64,000 bases of DNA from contig JAGIQG010000023.1 of the NCBI GenBank assembly GCA_024679065.1, positions 10,168,001 to 10,232,000 on the forward strand. Reading direction: 5' to 3'. The first letter of the stretch is position 1. The number at the start of each line of letters is the position of its first letter. Both the position numbers and the translations under genes were made by a program. This DNA comes from Sphyrna mokarran (taxonomy: Eukaryota). This document shows positions 26,281 through 38,068 of the stretch, piece after piece. The notes under the pieces are model-generated. The model was not told where the DNA came from. It saw only the letters and a list, made by a program, of their open reading frames with translations, and searched no databases.

Positions 26281-27288
26281 ATATTTGCACCTCCCATCAG
26301 GCACCACGGCCAATGTGGGTGGTGCTGGGGGGTTCGGGGGTGGCATACTGGAGGGTGGTGCCTATTGGGGGCTCAATGATTATGGTGGTTTTAACTGACA
26401 CTGACGCTGGTATCGTAGGAGAGGGAAAGGGAAGGGCAGTGGCGATTTGGGTTGGGTGGGGGGAAATCAGGCTGGCCATCTGGATGGGAGGAGATTGGGG
26501 TTGGCCCAGGAGAGATCTGGTAGGCCAGCGGTCGGATGGTAGTGATAGAGGGGAGTGAGGATAGCCAGTGATTAGGAGGCCAGAGGTGATGGGGCCACTG
26601 CGCATGTGCCAATATCTGCAGTGACAGATCGGTGCATGTGCAGTGGTCCACTCAGCATTACGCTGTGGGTCTCTCCAGTGGGATTTTGGACCTGCAGACC
26701 ACATTCCAGACTGAATCACTCTGTATCGGAGAAGCGTTCTGATTGTTGTCAAATGAGCTCTCCAGACACTGGAATTCCAACACATCACAGAAGCTGATCA
26801 GGAAACGTGTACTCCCTGTGTTGTGGGATTGCCCCGTCAGTGAGCTGCTTGTCTCTGTTCAATCTTTTGTCTTGTGGAGCAAGTTGTTGCTCTTGATGTT
26901 ATTGGTCTCATCTATTGGCCCAAAATGAAACAGTCTGAGAGCCACCCATGCTGATCTGATAGATACAATTGCCAAAATGTCACCCAGAAATATACATTCC
27001 CACCACTGTCGTGAAAGTCAACGTCCTTTAAATACTAATATTAAACCTTTCACACAATCTGGCTAGAAATAAGCAGTGAGGTTCCAATGCTTCTTGGCAT
27101 CTTTCCCGGTCACATCTTCAGCCTCCCCCATTGCCTCTGTCTTCTGCCCTTGCTCAGTAACCCGAGCAGCCAATTGCACTCACTGAGCTATTAATACACT
27201 GATAACCCGTCTCTCACCGGGGGTATTTGATCACACACAGATTGACACATTTAAAGTTTCCTTGAAGCTTTTTATGATCATATGGAAA

Positions 27289-27825
27289 TTTGGAATATGG
27301 TGTCCAATTCTGGTCACAACACAATCAGAATGACGTGGAGGCTTCGGAGAAATTGCAGAAAACGTTTACCGGGATGTCCCCTAATGTGGAGGAGACTAAC
27401 TATGAGGAGAGTTTGAATGAGCTGGGATTATTCTCCCTGGAAAGACGAAGGTTCAGGGACAACCTGATGGAAATTTATAAAATTATGAAAGTTATAGATA
27501 GAGTGAACAGTTGGAAGCTTTTCCCAAGGCAGAAATGACAATTACAAGGGGCACAACTTCAAGCTCAGGGGTGAGAGATTCAGTAGAAATGTGCAGGTGA
27601 ACTTTTTTTTTTTTACACAGAGGATGAATGGGGATCTGGAATGCACTGCCAAGTGAGGTGGTTGAGGCAGATACATTAGCCACATTTCAGACTTATCGTG
27701 ACAGACATATGAACAAACAGCGAGGAGAGGGATATAAGCACTTCGTCTAGACAGGTAAATGCGATTGGTACAGGCTTGGAGGGCCGAAGGGCCTGTTCCT
27801 GTGCTGTCCTGTTCTTTGTTCTTTG
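27289..27825 (+). mobile_element. CR1 LINE 3' fragment, degenerate
   Basis: LEYGVQFWS..LGLFSLERRR motif; tail gttctttgttcttt. Confidence 0.8.
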
Positions 27826-28457
27826 ATCCCTGTCAGGGGCTTCCACCATGTTAAATTATGTAATTGTTAAATTTTCCAATTTGTTAACTTTTAATCTGTC
27901 AGCTTCACCCTGAATTTTTACTGGTTTATTTGAAAGAAGCACAAACTGACACATTGCAGATACAGACGGATGTTGGGGATTTGACTGGCTTCCCAACATA
28001 TTGTCAATTTCTGTATATTTAACCCCTCTGTGTTCCCCCACAGCCCCACCATTCACTGCTAAACCAAAAGGTACAATTACTACCAACTGACTGCTCACTT
28101 CACTTTGTTAATGTCTGACTACTAGATTGATGCCAACTGTAAAAATCTGACAGTGTGATATTTAATACATTTCAGACACAGAAAAATATTCTGAGCATCG
28201 CAGGTAATTTTTTTCACAATATCATATAGTGAAAGGAATTGTTTGTCGAATCACGTTTGAAATTCTTGGTCAGAATATTGGACAGACCGCAAACTGAGTT
28301 TGTGTCACAAGAGTCAGATTTCGCAATCTCTGCCCTCTAGCTGTCAGACTCTGCATTGCTGCAGAGCATCGCGTTATCGGAGCTGTCAATCTTTCCTTGC
28401 AGACAAAACATGGATCAGACATTTCAGTAATAAAAAAAATCATTGAGAATAACACAC

Positions 28458-28772
28458 CGTGAGATATTTGCAGCTCCACAGTAAACTTTGGATCGAAGAA
28501 ATAAGTAGCAATTGCACAGCGATACCATCCTGCGTCTTCGAAGTGAAGATCCTTGATCGTAACAGCAAATTTTCCTTCTGACTTGTAATCTGTGATCAAC
28601 GTTTTCTCTTGAGATCCATCTGGATCATCTGTTCTCACTAAAGATGAACAAACTACACTCCAACCCTGACACCAATATTTCACATTTTCTTCGTATTTTT
28701 TATTATAATAGCAATTTATTGTGATCGCTCTTCCCACAATTCCTGTGACTCTGTTTTCTGCGCACAAATCAT
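28458..28772 (-). CDS. Ig receptor exon 2: N-terminal V-set domain V0 (canonical 4-Cys CD300/pIgR-type)
   Basis: Acceptor ttctgtttcag, donor G|GTGTGT, 315 nt, phase 1-1. INCYY..KYWCQGWSVVC..DAGWYRCAIATYFFDPKFTVELQISH. Confidence 0.88.
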
Positions 28773-28809
28773 CTGAAACAGAAGAGAAAACATTTCAGCA
28801 ATTGACCAA

Positions 28810-31800
28810 ATAAGAACATAAGAAATAGGAGCAGGAGTAGGCCATCTAGCCCCTCGAGCCTGCCTCACCATTCAATAAGATCATCAGCTGATCTGAAGTG
28901 GATCAGTTCCACTTATCTGCCTGCCCCCCATAACCCTTAATTCCCTTGTCTATCAGGAACCTATCTACCTGTGACTTAAATATATTCAGTGAGGTAGCTT
29001 CCACCACTTCAATGGGCAGAGAATTCCAGAGACTCACCACCTTTGAGTGAAGAAGTTCCTCCTCAACTCCGAGCTAAACTACACCCCCCCCCCACCTATT
29101 TTGAGGCTGTGCCCTCTAGTTCTGCTCCTTTCTAAGCGGGAAGAATCTCTTTACCTCTAGGCTATCTATCCCCTTCATTACCTTATATGTCTCTATAAGA
29201 TCTCCCCTCAGCCTTCTAAACTCCAACGAGAACAGACCCAGTCGATTCAATCTTTCCTCATAGGCTAACCCCGTCATCTCTGGTATCAGCCTAGTGAACC
29301 TTCTCTGCACTCCCTCCAAGGCCAATATATCCTTTTACAAAGCGGTGACCAAAACTGCACACAGTACTCATTTGTGGCCTCACCAGTGCCCTGTACAATT
29401 GCAGCAAGACTTCCCTGCTTTTATATTCTATCCCCCTCACTACAAAGGCCAACACTCCATTCGCCTTCTTGATCACTTGCTGCACCTGCAGACTGGGTTT
29501 TCGTGATTCGTGCACAAGGACCCCCAGGTCCCTCTGCACCATAGCATGCTTCAGCTTTTCACTCTAAATAATAATCCCCCCTACTATTATTTCTACCAAA
29601 GTGGATGACCTCACACTTGCTAACATTATACTCCATCTGCCAGGTCCTCGCCCATTCACTCGGCCTATCCAGATCTCTCTGCAGATTTTCTGCGCCTTCC
29701 ATGCAATTTGCTTTTCCACTCATCTTTGTGTCATCAGCAAATTTCATTACCCTAAATTCAGCCCCCTCCTCCAGATTGTTGATGTATATGGTAAACAGTT
29801 GAGGCCCCAGCACCGATCCCTGCGGCACTCCACTAGTCACCAAATGCCAACCAGAATAGCACCCATTGATTCCTACCCTCTGCTTCCCATTAAACAACCA
29901 ATCCTCTATCCACGCTAACGCCCTTACCCCCAACTCCGTGCACATTTTGCAGCAACCTTTTGTGAGGCATCTTATCAAACACCTTCTGGAAATCACATCC
30001 ACCGGTTGCCCTCTGTCTACTGCACTAGTCACATGCTCATAGAAATCCAATAAATTTGTTAAACACAACTTCCCCTTCGCAAATCCGTGCTGCGTCTGTT
30101 TGATCAAATTGTTCTCTTCTAGATGTCTTGCTATTTCTTCTTTGATGACAGAATCTAGCATTTTTCCAACTACAGACGTTAAACTAACTATCCTATAATT
30201 CCCTGCCTTTTGTCTGCTACCTTTTTTAAACAGCGGCGTAACATTAGCCTCTTTCCAATCTCCTGGCACTTTCCCGGAGTCCAGCAAATTTTGATAAATA
30301 ATTACTAAGGCTTCCGCTATCACCTCAGCCATTTCTTTCAGAACGCTGGGATGCATTCCATCCGATCCCAGGGACTTGTCTATCTTCCGTCCCGTTAGTC
30401 TATCAAGCACTACCCCTCTAGTGACAGTAATTGCATTAAGGATCTCATCTCCTATCATCCTTCTATCTTTAATATTCAGCAAGCTATTTGTGTCCTCCTC
30501 TGTGAAGACCAACACAAAAAACTTATTTAAAGCCTCAGCCATTTCCTTGTCACCCATCACTAAATCCCCCCTTTCATCCTCCAAGGGTCCAACATTCACT
30601 CTAGCCAGTCTCTTCTTTATATATTTGTAAAAGCTTTTACTTTTTTTTATATTTAGAGCTGGTTTAGCTTCATACTCTATCTTTCCTTTCTTTATCTCTT
30701 TGTTAATCATTCTTTGTTGTTTTTTTAAATCACTCCCAATCTTCTAATCACCCACTATTTTTAGCCGCTCTGAATGCATCAGTTTTTAATTTAATACTCA
30801 CCTTTATTTCCTTCGATAACCACGGCTGGTTATCCCTTGTCCTACAGTCCTTCTTTACCATTGGAATATATTTCTGCTGAGTACCGAAAAAGATCTCCTT
30901 AAAAAATCCTCCACTGTTCCTCAGCCGTCCTACCAACCAATCTGCGTCCCCAATCTACATTCGCCAATTCCGCCCTCATCCTACCGTACTCCCCTCTCTT
31001 CAAACAAAGAACACAGGTTTGGGATCCTACTTTCTCATCCTCCATCTGCACTAGAAATTCAACCATACTATGATCATTCATCTCAAGAGGATCCCTCACA
31101 AGAAGATCCCTAATTCTACCTGCCTCGTTACACAGTACCAGATCTAAGATAGCTCGTTCCCTCGTAGGTCCTATTACATACTGTTCAAGGAAACTATCCC
31201 GACAGCGTTCCAAGAACTCTTCCTCAAGCCCATCACATCTGACTTGGGTTATCTAATCTATATGCAGATTAAAATTCCCCATAATTATCACCATTCTGTT
31301 TCTGCACACATCAATTATTTACTTGTTTATAGCCCGCCCCACCTCAAAGTTATTATTTGAGGGCCTATAAACCACACCCACCAGTGTTTTTCTCTCCTTA
31401 CTATTCCTTATCTCCACCCACAACAATTCCACGTTTTGCTCTTTGGAGCCTATATCTTCTTTTACTATAATATCCTTTATTAACAGAGTCACCCCAGCTC
31501 CTTTTTCCTCCTGTCTATCCTTCCTAAACACCTGATACTCCTGGATATTCAGTTCCCAGTCCCTGCCACCCTGCGACCACGTTTCCATAATGGCCACTAG
31601 GCCACACCCATTTGTGCTGATTTGCGCCATGAGCTCATTCACTTTGTTCCGAATGCTTCATGCATTCGCGTAAAGTGTCTTTACACCAGCCTTTGTCTGG
31701 ACCTTATTTGTAGAAACACTACTAGCTTCTCTCGTGCCCCCTATTCCTTTAATTAGTGGAACATCCTCAACATTAACCTGCACACGTACCCTCTCCTTTA

Positions 31801-33108
31801 CTTTAGATTTTGTAATTTCCCCCACCCCTGCACTCTGCCCCCACTAATTAGTTTAAAGGCCTATCTACAATCCAAGTTATACAATTCGCCAGCACTGTGG
31901 TCCCAGCACGATTCAGACAAAGACCATCCCATCTGAACTGGTCCCATCCGGTGCCAATGCTACATAAATTCAAACCCATTTCTTCCACACCAATCCTTGA
32001 GCTACACATTCATCTCCTTAATCCTATTTACTCTGCACCAATTTGCACATAGTTCAGAGATAACCATCTTGTTGGTTCTGCTTTTTAATTTGGTTCCCAG
32101 ATTATCATACTCCCTCTGTAGATCCTTAGTTCCTATTTTGACTATGTCGTTGGCACCCACATGAACCACAACAACTGGATTTCTACTCTCCCACTCCAGG
32201 TTCCCCTGCAGCCCAGATGAGACATCCTGGACCCGAGCACCAGGCAGGCAACACACCCTTCAGTATCCTTTATCTTTGTCACAAAGGACAGTGTCTATGC
32301 CCCTAACTACCCTGTCCCCAATTACCGCTACATTTCTCTTTACTTCTTCCGCTTTGACCTCTGTCTGCACCACTATACCGTGGGCAGTTTGCTCATCCAC
32401 CCTGCAGTCCTCGTTCTTGTCCACACTGGGAGCAAGAATCTCAAACCTGTTGTGCAGATTCAGGAGCTGAGGCACTTGGGTCTCCCCCTCCTTCTCCCCC
32501 CCAGCCCCCTCCTTCCTCTCATCCTTCCTCCTCACACCCCGTTCCTTCCTTCCACCCTTCCTCCCCTCACTCCCCTCCTTCCCTTCAGCAACACCCCCCC
32601 CCCCTTAGAGTTTGTCAGTTTTGGGGGTTTGACTTTATCTTGTAACACATTACCTAGGTTACATTTCCCTTCCTTGATTTGTCTCAGTGTCTGAAACTGT
32701 GAGTTCAGCTTGTCTATTTTGAGCTGGAGCTCTTGAAGCAGCCAACACTTAGTTCAGATGTGCTCGCTGGGAATGACCTTGGGGTCCAACAGTTCCCACT
32801 TACTACAGAAACAGCACATCACATGTCCCTCCATCTCAGTCACCTAGTGTATTCTAGACCCAGTGAAGAATTTAAACTTACCTTGCTCTTTTCTCTGAAG
32901 CCCTGTGAGCCAAAGCCCTTACAGCTCACTCCACTGTCTTTTGCAACCCTCCTTTTATACTTTGGGCGGTAAAAATCCCTTCCCAGAAGACCCTGTGGCC
33001 CACTTCCTGTTTAACTTTTAAAGCTGGATTTCCATTAAAAAGCCCGCAAAAAGCTTTACAAAGTCAGTTGCTTACCTTCACACTCTTTAACCTTCTTTCC
33101 GCTCGCTC
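28810..33108 (-). mobile_element. Near full-length degenerate CR1 LINE in intron 1
   Basis: ORF1 SGNH-esterase motifs (VIGDR..LPGARVQD..HVGAND), APE fragments (31319-31642) and RT fragments (SGVPQGSVLGP, KFADD; 29559-30710), with frameshifts. Tail cctatttcttatgttctta. Confidence 0.92.
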
Positions 33109-35721
33109 CAAGGAACAACGCTTAATGTAGAGAGAAATATTTTAATAAGATTTACCACTGTGTACAGAGGAAACTCTCCAATATCTGTAGTCATCATTCT
33201 CTTTCTAGTTTGTGCTGAGTGAAAACATGAATATAAAGCCGTGCTGTCAGTGCTAAAGTACTTCACTGCCAATGATTTCTTGTTAATGTATAGTGGCCAT
33301 TGTTATTGTGTCACTTGTCACTCAAGCTTTGCACTGGTGCCTCTGAATGAATGGATTGCAGGGTCAAGACCCACTCCAGAGACTGGAGTATAAAATCTAC
33401 AGGAACATTCTAGTGTAATACTGAGGGACGAGATGGCTCAGATTTTCTTCCCCCAGTCACGTTCACAGAGCTCAGCGATGACTTTCAGGTGAAAGATTAA
33501 TCTGACACCCAGGTCTGGAGGGTCCCTGTCATGGAGAAAATCCTGGGGATGGCTTCAATTTCAAAGCCCCGAGATTGGGAGTGGGACTGGAATCGGGCTG
33601 GCATTCACACAGACATGATTCATTCAACTCTGGATTGCCTTAAATTCATCATCTGCCTCGAATGAAGTGGGATTTTGGTTGAAGAGAAGTGTGTGTGGAA
33701 TCTGGAATTGTAGATTAGAATAGTGAAGAAAAGGTCTGCATTTGATGGATTCTTATTGGACAGCCAGGGTGCACCTTCTGGAAAAGGAAGTTACCCTTTG
33801 AGACCAACTTTGGTGAGTGGCCAAGTTAACATCTTAACAAGTCAAGATGTTAACTTGATAGAAGTTAATTTAAGTTAAGTTAAATTAACTTATTTTAAGT
33901 TAAGTTAAAATAACTTAAATAACTAAATAATGGTTATTTAAGTTATTTTGTTTATGAACCATGGCGCTGGGGAACAGAAACAGGCCTTGTGTCCAGCTCG
34001 CCTCCGGGCTGAGCAGCCTGTGGATTTGTTCCCGGGTCACCCATCCCGACCCATTTTTTGTTGCCTTCCCCGACTCAGTGAATACGGCCCAGGGACGGCA
34101 ATCTGGGCCTCAGTCTGCCCCACAGGTCAATGCACCAGGAATGGCCCATTACTGAGGAAAAAATGCAATGAAGATTTCCGAGGCTGGTTCCTGGGGTAAG
34201 GGGATGGGATGGGAACAGGTTGAATCCACAAGGTGCATATTTCCTGTCGGTTGGAAGAATCAGAGGTGATTGAATTGAAATGTGTAAAATTCTTGACAGG
34301 GTACATTTTGAGCATTTATGTACCACCCTACCAGGACTGGGTATTCTGCAACACAGGATCACAGTCTCAAAATAAAGTGACAGGCACAAAGGATGTGATG
34401 AGGAGATTTTTATTCACTCAAGGTGCTGTGAACCTTTGGAATTCTCCATCCCAGAGAACTTTACATGTTTAGAATTGAAGGATATTAAACACAAAAATTT
34501 ACACATTTTTTGGCATCATCATGATTAATGGATAAGGGGATAGCGTGGGAAATAAGAATTGAGAGTGGAGCTCAGTCAAAGGTACAAATGGCCAAGTCCT
34601 GCTTCTACTTCTAAAGTTCATCTTGAAGATGACAGTATGAATCAAAAATTCCATTGCAGGCAGCATAATAACATCAGTTTAACATGGGGCTGGCATAAAA
34701 ATTTAGATTTACTTTGTTAAATGTCAAAAAATTAGAAGAAAATGATTACATCTTGGAAGGACAAAGTAGACGAAGCATGTACTAGTGATTGGATGGCACG
34801 TTGACACAGTGGTGACCACGGCTGCCTCACTGTGCCAGTGACCCGGGTTCAAATCCAGCCTCGGCTGACTGCAAAGATGTTCAGGTCAGGCTGAACATGC
34901 TAAATTGCCCCTTATTGTCCCAAAATGTTTCGGTTAAGAAAATTAATGAGGCAAATATATAACGTTACGGGCATGTGTAACACACACTTTGGTGCAGACT
35001 TAATGAGCCGAATAGCCTCCTTGTGCATCGTAGGGATTCTATGAAACAGAGTCACTGACAGAATTTAAAAAACTTTCATCAGATGTAACTTAAATAATAT
35101 AAACAATTGCAAACTTGAGGAATATTGTCCTGGAGCCTTTGTTACCTCTGCAGTTTTCAGAGTCAATTGAATGAGCAATAATCAGCAATGGATCACAGGC
35201 ATCTCTCAACATTAGGGAGAGACAAACGGTTACGTTCAGTGTCGGGGGAACGATTCCACAGGAACAGGGAAAGGTGAGGAGGCAGATTTCCATGAACTAC
35301 CACAGCCGGTCTGAGGATCGAACTCCTGCCATTGGAATCATTCTGCATTGTACTCCAAACCCTCCAGTTTCCAGGATGTATTGAGCATGGAACTACATTA
35401 CCAAGTTAACTTTTGCTGGACTGAAATGTGTTACTTCTGCATTTTAATTATTTCAGTCACATAGCTTTTTAACAAAAATGAATAGGTTAGCTTATATTTA
35501 TCGTCAATAATGCCTTTTAATATTTGCTGGTAAATATTTCTGTGGTAAAATACTATCAACAAAATAGCTACAAATATCACAAAAATGCCATTAATTTATT
35601 TTTGCTGAGTTTTCATAGCTTTACATGTCTCCAAGTGTTTAAATATTGCTGCAGGATAAACCATGCACTAGAATTAATCTAACACTCATCATCTTGGTAC
35701 CCAGTTTTGTCCCTTACTCAC

Positions 35722-35758
35722 CAGGCAGAGAAAAGATGAAAAGAATTAAAATCCACAT
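35722..35758 (-). CDS. Ig receptor exon 1: signal-peptide leader MWILILFIFSLP(G)
   Basis: ATG, 11 mostly hydrophobic codons, then a phase-1 donor G|GTGAGTA that is in frame with all downstream phase-1 Ig exons. Peptide is identical in the inverted paralogue. Confidence 0.85.
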
Positions 35759-35759
35759 T

Positions 35760-36290
35760 ATTATCTTGGCAATGTTTCGATCAGTATTTATCGTCTGTCA
35801 CCCAGCTTTTTGTTGCGATGTTGAAAGTGGATTAAATAAACTCTGATACGGAATTGAAATAAGATTGAAGAAAGCAGCAAGCCAGGCCCCAGGAAATTCC
35901 ACCTTTCAGAAAGCTCCAGAACAGAGGTCCCAGCTGGCCAGTGCTATCACTGGGTGTGCCAGCTCAGAAGATCCCTTTTAGCTGCTGATCTCCTTGTTCC
36001 GGCAGGCACGGCTCTACATCTGCCTCTTTGGTGACCTGTGGACAGTTACTGTCTGGTTTCGACAATGTCGCTCAATATGGTTGTTAATATCATGAGAGGT
36101 GTGGTTCACCCTGACCCTTCCTGCACTATTGCTGAAAACAGAAAGGCCCAGAACTTGCTGAAAATACCACAGTGTGTAAACTGGCCAATGAACTGAGACA
36201 ATGAAGAGATGTCAAACTAATTACAAGTTACTGGCTGCTTGTTTTGTCTCCTCCATTAGCTTTTAGGAAATGGTGGATCTTTCTAAAACC
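35760..36290 (-). promoter_or_regulatory. Putative promoter/5' region of the left gene
   Basis: Well conserved with 60920-61445. NF-kB-like GGAATTTCC (35892-35900, minus), RUNX TGTGGT (~36100) and ETS CAGGAA (~36120). Motif function is inferred only. Confidence 0.45.
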
Positions 36291-36595
36291 TCTCTGACTT
36301 TGATGAAATAGTGACATTTGCCAATTAATTATCTGCTAAACAGGCCACGAAATGTTCAGTGTTGTAACATCAGTCTCCCTGGCCCAGAATATGAACAATT
36401 ATAGACTCTGGATCTTCGCTCTCTCCTGGATTGAATTATTGACCTGGATTTTCCAATGAGAGGAACAGAGAAGGCTAACAAACATTCACTGTTATTTTGG
36501 AATAAGTGAGGTGGTAAAGAGGGTGGCCCTAATTCCCCAGTTTCCCCAGAGGCTGTGTCATGTCAATATCTCACCAATTGAGGTAGAATGGTTTT

Positions 36596-37763
36596 CAAAG
36601 ATCAAAGAAAATTACAGCACAGAAACAGGCCCTTCGGCCCTCCAAACCTGTACCGACCATTCTGCCTGAATTAACTAACACCCCCTATCCTTCCAGGGAC
36701 CATAGTCCTCTATTCCCATCTTATTCATGTACTTGTAAAGAAGCCCCTTAAAAGTCATTACCATATCCGCCTCCACTACCTTCCCTCACAATGAGTTCCA
36801 GGCACCCACCACTCTCTATCCACAAAATCTGCCTTGTACATCTCCTTTAAACTTTGCCCCTCGCACCTTAAACCTATGCCCCCTCCTAATTGACTCTTTC
36901 ACCCTGGGGAAAAGCTTCTGTCTATCCACTCTGTCCATGCCTCTCATAATACTGTAGACTTCTATCAGGTCTCCCCTCAACCTCTGTCGCTCCAGTGAGA
37001 ACAAACCAAGTTTCTCCAACCTTTCCCCATAACTAATGTGCTCCATACCAGGTAACATCCTGACAAATCTTTTCTGTACCCTCTCCAAAGCCTCCAAATC
37101 CTCCTGGTAGTGTGGCAATCAGAATTGAACACTATATTCCAAGTGGAGACTAAATAAGCTTCTGTCAAGCTGCAACGTGACTTGCCAATTTTTAAACTCA
37201 ATATTCTGGCTGATGAAGTCAAGCATGATATATGCTTTCTTGACTACCTTCTCCACCTACATTGCCATTTTCACTGATCCATGTATCGGTACTCCCAGAT
37301 CTGTTTGTCTATCAATACTCTTAAGGGTTCTTTCATTTACTGTATATTTCCTATCTCTATTAGACATTCTAAAATGCATTATCTCACATTTGTCTGGATT
37401 AAACTCTATTTGCCATCTCTCCACCCAAGTCTCCAACCAATCTATATCCTGTTGTATCCTCTGATGGCTCTCATCGTTATCTGCAAATACACCAACCGTT
37501 GTATCATCCGCAAATTTACTAATCAATCCAGCTACATTTTTCTCCAAATCATTTATATACATATATTGCAAACAGCAAAGACCCCAGCACTGATCCGTGC
37601 AAACACCACTTGTCACCACCCTCCATTCAGAAACACACCTTTCCACTGCTACCCTCTGTCTTCTTTGACCAAGCCCGTTTTGTATCCACCTTGCCCAGCT
37701 CACCTCTGATCCCATGCAGCTTCACCTTCAATAGCAGTCTGCCATAAGGGACCTTGTCAAAGA
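36596..37763 (-). mobile_element. CR1 LINE 3' fragment (left-arm specific)
   Basis: RT C-terminal motifs ISKFADD, LERVQKRF and LGLFSLE, with frameshifts; CR1 tail. Confidence 0.85.
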
Positions 37764-37890
37764 GAAATGATGCCAAAGGATTTTCAAATCCAACCAGTTC
37801 CTTGACTCCTGTTGGAGCTGCACTCACCCAGTCAAGTGGAGAATATTCCATCACACTCCTGACTTGTGCCTTGTAAATGCTGGACAGGAC

Positions 37891-38068
37891 ATAGAGACAA
37901 TTAGAAGTCTCACAACAACCAGGTTAAAGTCCAACAGGTTTATTTGCTAGCAAACAATTGCTGAATGGTTTTGAATATTGTGCTATCAAATAAATCTGTT
38001 GGACTTTAACCTGGTGTTGTGAGACTTCTTATTGTGTTTACCCCAGTCCAACGTCGGCATTTTCACAT
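37891..38068. mobile_element. Palindromic short element (probably Penelope-derived), TSD CAGGAC
   Basis: Long inverted repeat agaagtctcacaac..aggttaaagtccaacagg / ctgttggactttaacctggtgttgtgagacttct. CAGGAC at 37885-37890 and 38069-38074. Related pieces at ~42085-42425. Confidence 0.6.
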
